NCBI GenBank assembly: GCA_041671365.1
Contig: JBAZBP010000001.1
Coordinates: 325,518 to 389,517 of the forward strand
Reading direction: 5' to 3'
Origin: Patescibacteria group bacterium
Lineage (GTDB): Bacteria > Patescibacteriota > Patescibacteriia > Patescibacteriales > UBA12465
Length of the DNA: 64,000 nt
In this document: positions 47,282 to 55,527 of the stretch, piece after piece
Numbering within the stretch: the first letter of the stretch is position 1
Layout: every line of letters begins with the position of its first letter
The notes under the pieces: generated by a model
Told to the model about the DNA's origin: nothing
Databases searched by the model: none
The model's input: the letters and a program-made list of their open reading frames with translations, nothing else
Made by a program: the position numbers and the translations under genes

Positions 47282-47482
47282 ATGGAAAAATTATCTAACG
47301 AATCAATCGAGGAAGAAGTCATTAGTAATTTTGTTTCCCATGATACCAAGACTTTTAAATGGAAAATAGGCAAAGTTTTAGCCTCGTCTTTATCCGGGTT
47401 TATCGCCGGTATTATAGTTACCGTAATTTTCTTTTTAACTGTTTTTGACCTGGTTTTCAAAGGAAATAATCCCGGTTTTTAA
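47282..47482 (+). CDS. hypothetical small C-terminally anchored membrane protein
   Basis: 66 aa with one TM helix (LASSLSGFIAGIIVTVIFFLTVF). Confidence 0.4.
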   Translation: MEKLSNESIEEEVISNFVSHDTKTFKWKIGKVLASSLSGFIAGIIVTVIFFLTVFDLVFKGNNPGF

Positions 47483-47545
47483 AATCTTTTAGACGCACAA
47501 ATCGTTTTTTATTGAAAAATATGGAGACGAGAAAAGAAATTTATT

Positions 47546-48673
47546 ATGTCAGCTACTGATAAAAATAAAGATTTTATTCAAAAATTATTGGCTTTCGTCG
47601 AAATAACTATTAATGGCGGCCGTCCCGGCGACATTCAGGTTCATGACGATCGTTTTTATGGGGCGGTTTTGAGCCGCGGCACGCTAGGTTTGGGTGAAGC
47701 CTATATGGACGGTTGGTGGGATGCGCAATCTTTAGACGATTTTTTTTATCGAGTCATCAAAGCGGATTTAGAATCTAAAATTAAACTGGATTTTAAAACC
47801 TCTTTTTTTATTTTAAAAAATTTATTGTTCAATCAACAGAGAAAAAAGAAAGCCTTTGAGGTCGGCCGGAAACATTACGATATCGGCAATGATTTATATA
47901 CGGCCATGCTCGGCTCAACCATGGCTTATAGCTGCGCTTACTGGTCTGAGAAAACTGAAAACCTTGATCAGGCGCAAGAAGCGAAATTAGACTTAATTTG
48001 TCGCAAACTGAATTTACAGCCGGGCAATAAAGTTTTAGACATCGGCGGCGGCTGGGGCAGTTTTGCTAAATATGCGGCTGAAAAATACGGTGTTCACGTC
48101 GACGTGATAACTGTTTCTAAGGAGCAAGTAGCCTTGGGTAAAAAATTCTGCGCCGGTTTGGACGTTAATTTTATTTTGCAGGATTATCGGAAAATTGACG
48201 GTCTTTATGATCATATTGTTTCCGTCGGCATGATTGAGCACGTCGGCTATAAGAATTACCGCACTTATATGGAGGTGGCCGCCAAGCATCTAAAAGATGA
48301 GGGTTTATTTCTTTTACATACTATCGGCGGCAATAAGTCGGTGAAGAGCACAGAACCTTGGATAGAGAAGTATATTTTTACTAATTCGATGCTGCCCTCC
48401 ATTAAACAGCTAGCCAGAGCAGCGGAAAAAATTTTTGTCGTTGAGGATTTGCATAATTTTGGTTTTTATTACGATCAGACTTTAATGGCTTGGTACCGGA
48501 ATTTTGAAAAAAGTTGGCCGACTTTGAAAGAGAAATATGGCGAGCGGTTTTATCGTCTATGGAAATATTATTTGCTTTCCTGCGCGGGCTCTTTTCGGGC
48601 TAGAAAAAATCAACTCTGGCAGATTGTCTTATCCAAAAAAGGCGTTCCGGGCGGTTATATATCCGTCCGCTGA
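47546..48673 (+). CDS. cfa: cyclopropane-fatty-acyl-phospholipid synthase
   Basis: HYDIGNDLY, VLDIGGGWGSFAKYAAEKYG, GMIEHVG and YYLLSCAGSFRAR. Confidence 0.9.
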   Translation: MSATDKNKDFIQKLLAFVEITINGGRPGDIQVHDDRFYGAVLSRGTLGLGEAYMDGWWDAQSLDDFFYRVIKADLESKIKLDFKTSFFILKNLLFNQQRKKKAFEVGRKHYDIGNDLYTAMLGSTMAYSCAYWSEKTENLDQAQEAKLDLICRKLNLQPGNKVLDIGGGWGSFAKYAAEKYGVHVDVITVSKEQVALGKKFCAGLDVNFILQDYRKIDGLYDHIVSVGMIEHVGYKNYRTYMEVAAKHLKDEGLFLLHTIGGNKSVKSTEPWIEKYIFTNSMLPSIKQLARAAEKIFVVEDLHNFGFYYDQTLMAWYRNFEKSWPTLKEKYGERFYRLWKYYLLSCAGSFRARKNQLWQIVLSKKGVPGGYISVR

Positions 48674-48721
48674 AAATAAAAAAGGCAGCTGGTTCATTAG
48701 CTGCCTTAAGATTTTGTACCG

Positions 48722-49201
48722 TCACTCCGGATCTTTAGTTTTTTGGCTGGTAGTAGTTTTAAAGAGATTAGTAAATTCTTCCAGTGCTCTTTCGTAACTA
48801 GATCTTTCGATCTCTTCTAGCCAATATTCTCCATTTCGCGCGGTCATTCTTATATGGTGAGAACCATCCTCATTGTCTTTAAACGACATTCTCACCGATG
48901 TCGTCAATATGGAACTGGCGACGCCAATGTATGTCTCCAAACTGTTAATTTCTTCGCATAAATCGCTGCAATTGCAGGGACGATTTTCTTGATCGATAGG
49001 AAGTTTTTCCCGTTCCTTTACGAGTTTGTCAAATTCTCGGCACAATTTTGTTACGACAATATACAATTTTTTTTCCTCCAAATTCATAAGTCGGATTTTT
49101 TTTGTTTTATGTTGGTTCGCATCCTCGGGTGCAAACTCAATCTGATCTAACGCCGATACGGCGTTCATTTGTTCGGTGAGCCAATTGATAAAGAGCAACA
49201 T
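48722..49201 (-). CDS. hypothetical protein
   Basis: The start at 49201 (MLLFINWL) has an agagg SD-like sequence 5 nt upstream. The longer track start at 49327 would run through the divergent promoter of the next gene. Confidence 0.5.
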   Translation of the reverse strand: MLLFINWLTEQMNAVSALDQIEFAPEDANQHKTKKIRLMNLEEKKLYIVVTKLCREFDKLVKEREKLPIDQENRPCNCSDLCEEINSLETYIGVASSILTTSVRMSFKDNEDGSHHIRMTARNGEYWLEEIERSSYERALEEFTNLFKTTTSQKTKDPE

Positions 49202-49330
49202 AAGAACCTCTGTTTTTTGTGTTGTGAAAATATGGTGTAATTGTATTAAGAAAATAGCATATAAATATTGTAATGTCAATAGTAAAATAAAGACAAAATT
49301 ATTAGGATTAAAATATGGTATAATCATTAA

Positions 49331-50563
49331 ATGACAAGATACGACGTGGTAGTTATTGGCGGCGGACCGGCCGGATTAATGGCGGCGGGACGAGCAGCAG
49401 AGCTCGACGCGCGAGTTTTGCTATTGGAAAAAAATCAAAAATTAGGAATTAAATTATTAATGACGGGTGGCGGGCGTTGTAATTTTACCAATAATTCTCC
49501 GACGCGTTTACTGGCCGAGGCTTATGGCGTTAACGGCTCTTGGCTACTGGCCGGCTTAAGTCGATTCGGTCCCACTGAAATTATTAAATTCCTAGAAGAA
49601 CGCGGCGTCAGAACTCGGTTAGAGGACGGAGGTCGGATATTTCCGCAGAGTAATCAGGCGAGCGAGATTTTAAAGGTTTTAACTGATTACGTTAAAAGCA
49701 ACGGTACTAAGATAAAAACTAAATCTCCGGTGGTAAAAATAATTAAAGAGCGTAATAGAATTATTAAAGTTGTCTTAGCGGATCAGACGGAAATTACGGC
49801 GACTAATTTTATAATCGCCGCCGGCGGTAAATCTTATCCGCTTTCGGGGTCGAGTGGCGATGCCTATACTTGGCTTAGTGAACTTGGTCATAAAGTCGTC
49901 AATCCGCAGGCTGGACTATGTTTAATAAAAGTTAAAGAGAATGTTAAAGAATTAGAGGGACTAAGTTTAAGCGGGGCGCAGATAAAACTATATCTGGATA
50001 TTAAAAAAATTAGCGCCGAAGCCGGTGATTTTATTTTTACCAGCCGCGGTCTGAGCGGTCCGGCGGCTTTAAATTTAAGCCGGATTATTGCGCGTCAGGG
50101 AATCGGCAACTTAAAAATTAAAATAGATTTTTCTCCCGATGAGACCACGGAAGATTTAGATAGAAAAATTCAAAGGCTACTGGTCGAAAATAAGCAAATG
50201 GCTATAAAAAATATTTTAAGTAAACTTTATCCGGCCAGACTAGTAATTTTTGCTTTAACGCAGACTAAAATTAATCCGGCTAAAAAAGGCAACGGCTTGA
50301 CTCGTTTGGAGCGGAAAGCCTTAGTAAGTTTTTTTAAAGAATTTAATTTACAAATCATGAGCCTGGGTGGATTTAATGAGGCGATGATTACCGTTGGCGG
50401 GGTCGATTTAAAGGAAGTTGATCCGAAAACTATGGTTTCTAAAATTATCTCTAATTTATATTTGGCCGGGGAAGTTTTAAATTTAGACGGTCCGACCGGC
50501 GGCTATAACTTACAGATTGCCTGGACGACCGGATATTTAGCCGGAGACAACGCAGCTAAATGA
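49331..50563 (+). CDS. HI0933-like NAD(P)/FAD-dependent oxidoreductase
   Basis: YDVVVIGGGPAGLMAA...LLLEKN...GGGRCNFTN, with a C-terminal GGYNLQIAWTTG. Confidence 0.85.
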   Translation: MTRYDVVVIGGGPAGLMAAGRAAELDARVLLLEKNQKLGIKLLMTGGGRCNFTNNSPTRLLAEAYGVNGSWLLAGLSRFGPTEIIKFLEERGVRTRLEDGGRIFPQSNQASEILKVLTDYVKSNGTKIKTKSPVVKIIKERNRIIKVVLADQTEITATNFIIAAGGKSYPLSGSSGDAYTWLSELGHKVVNPQAGLCLIKVKENVKELEGLSLSGAQIKLYLDIKKISAEAGDFIFTSRGLSGPAALNLSRIIARQGIGNLKIKIDFSPDETTEDLDRKIQRLLVENKQMAIKNILSKLYPARLVIFALTQTKINPAKKGNGLTRLERKALVSFFKEFNLQIMSLGGFNEAMITVGGVDLKEVDPKTMVSKIISNLYLAGEVLNLDGPTGGYNLQIAWTTGYLAGDNAAK

Positions 50564-50634
50564 CGGCCGGACTTTGTGAACAAAAGATGATTATGCTATA
50601 ATATAATCAACAATAAATTAATTTTATAAATTTT

Positions 50635-52764
50635 ATGTTAAGCCAAAAAGCGGGAAAGTTTTTATTTTTAGCGTTATTTTTATTTTTACCTTGGCCGAGC
50701 TTGGCCAGCGGGACAGCGGTTTCCAGCAGTATTACTAACCCGATCTGGACGACGGAGAATAGTCCTTATGTCGTGACCGGAACAATTGAGGTAACTAAGG
50801 GTGCGGTTTTGAAAATTGAGGCCGGGACAGAAGTTCGTTTTAATCCGGGAGCAAAAATTTTAATTAACGGCGAACTCCAAGTTTTAGGAACCGCGGAAAA
50901 TCCGGTTACGATGACTTTAGCGCCAACCGCTTCGAGTACCGGCGCCTGGAATGGACTGGAATTTACTCCTGATTCCGTCGATGCTACGGTTAAGGACGGC
51001 CAATATGTTTCCGGCAGTATAATTACCCATACAATAATAAAATATGGCCAAGGAATAAAATGCGATGACGCCAGTCCTTATATTAGTGATAATCAGATAA
51101 CGAATAATAATATCGGCCTGCAAATAGTCGGTAATAAAGGCTCGCTCGGCGGGGCGACGATGGATTCCTCAGCCTCCAATCCTAATATCGGAGTGGTGGT
51201 GCCGATGTATGTTAAAAATAATATTTTTACCGAGAATACAACGGGCATTGTTATTAACCGTAATAACGGACAAAAATATATCGTGACTCCGGCCAATTAT
51301 TCTTATGTCGGCCAAGCGGTAGCGACGGCGGTAATTGAAGCTAACGCCTTTAATAGCAATACGGTCGGCATAAATATCGTTAACGGTGATAATAATGTAA
51401 TTTTAGATAATACGTTAAAATATAATTCTGCCGCCGGTATTTTAGCAGCGGCCGCCAGCCGCGCCAATGTGATTGAAAAAAATAATATTAGCAATAATGA
51501 AATCGGGCTCGATAGCGCTTCGTCCGATCTGATTATGATGCAGAATACGGTTAAGAATAATTTTAATTATGGTTTGCGCTTGGCCGCTCGCCCGAATGTA
51601 TTTCGCTTAAATAATATTTATAACAATAAAAATTATAATTTGAAAAATACCGTTTATGGTTTAGAAGCGGCTAATAATTATTGGGGCACGACGAATGAAG
51701 CTCAGATTGACGCTACCTTTTTAAAAACCGCCGCAGCTTCATCGACCGATACTCTAATTTATCAAGTCGTTTTTAAACCTTTCTTAACGGCGGAAAATAG
51801 CTTGGCGATAACGGTGGCGCCGATTCTTAGTGATTATAGCACTACAACTATTGCGTCATCGATGGAGTTATCGGGTGTTAAACCGGTCGGTTCGGTCGTT
51901 TTTATAGATGGTCGGGTAGTGGCTAGCGATCGCAACGCTTCAAATTGGTCCTATCGGATAAATCTAGGTCTCGGCGATAATAGTTTTTCGATTTATTATC
52001 AGGATATTTCTTCCCAGCAAAGCGATCGTTTGTCCGTTTATATTCGTCGTAATAATGAATTGGCCGCGCCAACCATCACCTCCTCTTTAAGCACGACCAC
52101 GGCGGCGAGTCTGGTTATGAGCGGAATTAAACCGGCGGGAGCGAGTGTTTTAATAAACGGACAGGAAGCGGTCGCGGCCAATGATTTAGAAACCTGGTCT
52201 TATACCGTGGCTTTATTTTTAGGAACAAATAGTTTTGAATTGGCCGCTAAAGACGCCGACGGTCAATACAGTGTTTCCGTAAACGCGAACGTCGTTCGCG
52301 TTAAGTTTACGGCCGCCGACGTTATCGATCAGGAGAAAAAACTGTCCGGGAATACTCTTGATCCTAAATTGGCGCTAAAACTGGCCGGACGCTTACTGCT
52401 GCAAGTCGAAACGAAAGGTTATATCTGGTATGTCAGTCCGAAAGACAATAAACGCTATTATATCAGCCAGGACAACGCTCTGAGTACTTTTAGAACTTTG
52501 GCGCTGGGGATAACCGAAGCTAATCTTAATCTTATTCCGACCAAAGAAAGCGGTCAGAAAGGGAATGCGGCTTTGCGTAATCGTCTAAAAGGATTTTTGT
52601 TGTTACGAGTCGAGAAAGGCGGCCAGATAAGTTATATCGATATCGACGGGTATCGCCATGATATTTTACAGTCTAATTTAATGAACATTTTCCGAACGCT
52701 GAGTTTAGGCATTAGCGATGTTAATTTAAGAAAAATTGATATCGGTCTGGCGGCGGCGGAATAA
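50635..52764 (+). CDS. secreted right-handed beta-helix (NosD/PBH1-like) repeat protein with duplicated Ig-like and duplicated C-terminal modules
   Basis: Signal peptide.
Repeated N-rich beta-helix rungs (NNIGLQIVGN, NTTGIVINRN, NTVGINIVNG, NSAAGILAAA, NEIGLDSAS, NFNYGLRLAA).
Two modules of about 85 aa and two C-terminal modules of about 60 aa. Confidence 0.75.
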   Translation: MLSQKAGKFLFLALFLFLPWPSLASGTAVSSSITNPIWTTENSPYVVTGTIEVTKGAVLKIEAGTEVRFNPGAKILINGELQVLGTAENPVTMTLAPTASSTGAWNGLEFTPDSVDATVKDGQYVSGSIITHTIIKYGQGIKCDDASPYISDNQITNNNIGLQIVGNKGSLGGATMDSSASNPNIGVVVPMYVKNNIFTENTTGIVINRNNGQKYIVTPANYSYVGQAVATAVIEANAFNSNTVGINIVNGDNNVILDNTLKYNSAAGILAAAASRANVIEKNNISNNEIGLDSASSDLIMMQNTVKNNFNYGLRLAARPNVFRLNNIYNNKNYNLKNTVYGLEAANNYWGTTNEAQIDATFLKTAAASSTDTLIYQVVFKPFLTAENSLAITVAPILSDYSTTTIASSMELSGVKPVGSVVFIDGRVVASDRNASNWSYRINLGLGDNSFSIYYQDISSQQSDRLSVYIRRNNELAAPTITSSLSTTTAASLVMSGIKPAGASVLINGQEAVAANDLETWSYTVALFLGTNSFELAAKDADGQYSVSVNANVVRVKFTAADVIDQEKKLSGNTLDPKLALKLAGRLLLQVETKGYIWYVSPKDNKRYYISQDNALSTFRTLALGITEANLNLIPTKESGQKGNAALRNRLKGFLLLRVEKGGQISYIDIDGYRHDILQSNLMNIFRTLSLGISDVNLRKIDIGLAAAE

Positions 52765-52813
52765 TCGGTTTAATTTTCTTTATACTTATTTTTTAGAAAT
52801 AAAAAAAATTAAT

Positions 52814-53104
52814 ATGCCTGAACCGAAGTTTGAAAAATTTAAGGGAAATAATATTCCGGAAAAAAAACCGGGCAATGATCAGTATGAATTGGATTTTGAC
52901 AAAAATGTGCCGGTGCCGCCGACTTCTCTGAAGATAATAAAGGAAGACGAGAAAATGAAAAAAAGAGAGAAGAATGAAGAAGATATTAATTCTGAAGGAA
53001 AAGACGTAGATGATCCGTCCTACCTTTATCACCCTAATCCGGCGATTGTGGCCGAGTTAGAAGAAAAGGCTCGGTTAAATAAAATGGCGAGAAAAAAAAT
53101 CTAA
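52814..53104 (+). CDS. hypothetical 96-aa K/E-rich protein
   Basis: The ATG at 52814 (MPEPKFEKF) is preferred. The track start at 52736 overlaps the previous gene. Confidence 0.4.
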   Translation: MPEPKFEKFKGNNIPEKKPGNDQYELDFDKNVPVPPTSLKIIKEDEKMKKREKNEEDINSEGKDVDDPSYLYHPNPAIVAELEEKARLNKMARKKI

Positions 53105-53141
53105 GAACAGATTAAATTAATAGTAAGAGAGATAAATTAAA

Positions 53142-53164
53142 AGTCCGCCGAAAGCGGGCTTTTT
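53142..53164. terminator. intrinsic terminator (usable on both strands)
   Basis: agtccgc-cgaaa-gcgggct followed by tttt, and preceded by aaaa. Confidence 0.6.
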
Positions 53165-53353
53165 GATAATCAGCCGGAGTATTATCGGCGTTCACTGGCC
53201 GTTAATCCCGTTTCCAGCTCAACCTCAAGTTTCATCATGATTATCCCGCCTCCGACTATCGGCGGACGGCGGATTTTTCCTTTTTGTTTGACTTTGTGCC
53301 TATAAAATGGTTTAATATTTAGAGTAATTTAGTTTAATGTACTTTTCAGACTC

Positions 53354-54316
53354 ATGGACACAAAGACTTTGATTTCTATAGTTATACCAATTTATAACGA
53401 GACTTCTAACATCCCCGGATTTTTTGTTGCTCTAAAAAAAATTTTAATCGGTATATCGGGAAATTATTCCTGGGAAATTATTTTCATTAACGACGGGAGC
53501 AGCGACAATTCTCAGTTCGAATTGATAAAACTTAGCCGGGAAAATCAGAGCGAAGGAATAAGCCTGAAAATTTTAGAATTTTCCCGTAATTTCGGAAAAG
53601 AAGCGGCGCTTTCGGCCGGCCTGAAGGAGGCACGCGGCGAGGCGGCCTTGATGATTGATGCGGATTTTCAGCACCCGTTAGAACTTATTCCGGAATTTAT
53701 CAAGAAATGGACGGAGGGAAACGAGGTTATTATCGGAGTCAGAAAAAAGAACAAGAACTGCGGACTGATTAAGCGTTGCGGTTCTTTTTTGTTTTATAAG
53801 ATTATCGGCGGAATTTCTAAATTAGAGATGCGTCCGAACGAAACCGATTTTAGACTGGTAGATCGGGAAGTTATCGACGCTTTTAACGGCTTGCAAGAGC
53901 ATAATCGCATGACGAGAGCGTTAATTGATTGGCTGGGCTTCAAGCGGGAACATATTTTTTTTGAGGCGAACGAACGGGCTGACGGCCAGGCCGGCTATAA
54001 TTTAGGAAAATTAATAGGCTTGGCGATGAACAGTTTCGTTTCTTTGAGCCTGCTACCTTTAAAATTAGCCGGTTATTTAGGTATTTTTATTATTTTTACC
54101 GACGGTCCATTCGGACTATATATTTTTCTGGGAAAATATTTTTTTGACTGGCCGTATGCCAACAGTTTTTCCGGACCGGCGCAATTGGCCTTTTTAACCA
54201 CTTTCCTGATCGGCATAGTTTTAGCTTCGCTCGGTTTAGTCGCTCTGTATATCGCCCATATTCATGCCGAGGTCTTGAGACGTCCGCTTTATATTATTAG
54301 AAAAAGGAAAAATTAA
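53354..54316 (+). CDS. GT2 polyprenol-phosphate glycosyltransferase (GtrB/CsbB/DPM1-like)
   Basis: ISIVIPIYNETSNI...IFINDGSSD and MIDADFQHP, with two C-terminal TM helices typical of GtrB-type enzymes. Confidence 0.88.
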   Translation: MDTKTLISIVIPIYNETSNIPGFFVALKKILIGISGNYSWEIIFINDGSSDNSQFELIKLSRENQSEGISLKILEFSRNFGKEAALSAGLKEARGEAALMIDADFQHPLELIPEFIKKWTEGNEVIIGVRKKNKNCGLIKRCGSFLFYKIIGGISKLEMRPNETDFRLVDREVIDAFNGLQEHNRMTRALIDWLGFKREHIFFEANERADGQAGYNLGKLIGLAMNSFVSLSLLPLKLAGYLGIFIIFTDGPFGLYIFLGKYFFDWPYANSFSGPAQLAFLTTFLIGIVLASLGLVALYIAHIHAEVLRRPLYIIRKRKN

Positions 54317-54344
54317 AATATGACCTTATCCTGATGTATAAACA

Positions 54345-54369
54345 AAAAATAAAGAATTTCTTTATTTTT
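54345..54369 (+). terminator. AT-rich hairpin terminator
   Basis: aaaaataaagaa-t-ttctttattttt palindrome. Confidence 0.45.
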
Positions 54370-54468
54370 ATAAATTTGCCTTTGTTTATTTGATTAATCT
54401 TAGCAAAAGTGGTTTAATAATTAGATAAATTATATAGATAAGACAATGGAGTGTTTTAGAAATAACAT

Positions 54469-55527
54469 ATGAGAATTCTAATTTTTTGTCTGCCAGGAAT
54501 AGGCGATGCGCTCATGGCGACGCCGATGATTAAGTTATTGAAAAAAAATTTTCCGGAAGCCGAGGTTGATGTTGCCTGCATGTTTTCCGGCGTGGAATAT
54601 GTTTTTAACCATAATGAAAAAATAAACAAAATTTATAGATTGTCATTATATTCTGGCAACAAATGGCAAGGTTTTAAGCAGCTTTTAAGTTTACGAAAAG
54701 AAAAATACAACATTTCAATTTTAGCTTTTCCTTGTTACCGCAGAGAATATAATTTTGTTCATTGGCTAGTCGGTGCTAAAAAAAGAATCGCCCATAAATT
54801 TAATAAAGGTTTTTATAGAGAATTTCATTTTTTAAATACTGACTTAGTTGAAGTTGATGAAAGCGATCATAATGTTATTAATAATTTAAATCTTTTAAAA
54901 CCTTTGGGTATAAACTGGCAAGACAGATTCAAAAAAGAAGATTTACATTATGTCTTAAAATTAAATCAAAAAGATATTGATTTTGGAAAAGATTATATAA
55001 AACAGCTGAGTTGGGAAAATGAAAAAATAATAGCCATTCATCCTGGTTCAACTAACTCTCCAGCCGCCTTATTAAGACGTTGGCCAATTGAACGCTATGC
55101 TGCGGTGGCTAAATTTTTAATTAAAGATAAAAAAAGTAGGATTTTAATTTTTGCGGGGTCAGATGAAAAAGAGCTTGGGCAAGAATTAAATATGCTTATT
55201 AATGATAATATAGATTGTAAATTAGTTACGGGAACTAATTTTGGTCAATCTTTAGGAATACTAAATTATATTAATTTACTAATTTGCAATGAGAATGGAT
55301 TTTCTCATTTAGCGGTTGCATTGGGAAAAAAAACAATCATGCTAGAAGCGTCAACTAATCCAGTTTGGAGTGCGCCATTTGACAGTAATCTGTTAACAGT
55401 TATAAGACCTGATAATTTTAAACCATGGTATCGATATGATTTAAAAAGGACTGTTCCTGTTGGTGCCGAAGGTGGCATAGATAAAATAACTATAAAAGAT
55501 GTCTTAATTTTACTAAATGAACGATAA
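54469..55527 (+). CDS. glycosyltransferase family 9 (heptosyltransferase-like)
   Basis: MRILIFCLPGIGDALMATPMIKLLKKNFPEAEVDV and a HPGSTN...RRWP pattern characteristic of GT9. Confidence 0.85.
   Translation: MRILIFCLPGIGDALMATPMIKLLKKNFPEAEVDVACMFSGVEYVFNHNEKINKIYRLSLYSGNKWQGFKQLLSLRKEKYNISILAFPCYRREYNFVHWLVGAKKRIAHKFNKGFYREFHFLNTDLVEVDESDHNVINNLNLLKPLGINWQDRFKKEDLHYVLKLNQKDIDFGKDYIKQLSWENEKIIAIHPGSTNSPAALLRRWPIERYAAVAKFLIKDKKSRILIFAGSDEKELGQELNMLINDNIDCKLVTGTNFGQSLGILNYINLLICNENGFSHLAVALGKKTIMLEASTNPVWSAPFDSNLLTVIRPDNFKPWYRYDLKRTVPVGAEGGIDKITIKDVLILLNER

Noticed and set aside
49202-49327. Long N-terminal extension of the minus-strand hypothetical gene (track start 49327)
   Set aside because: The extension would cover the divergent promoter of the flavoprotein gene and encodes an implausible hydrophobic leader. 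An internal ATG at 49201 has an SD-like agagg sequence.
52736-52813. Track start for the K/E-rich small protein overlapping the beta-helix gene
   Set aside because: It uses a non-ATG start inside the upstream CDS. The ATG at 52814 follows the upstream stop and gives a sensible N-terminus.
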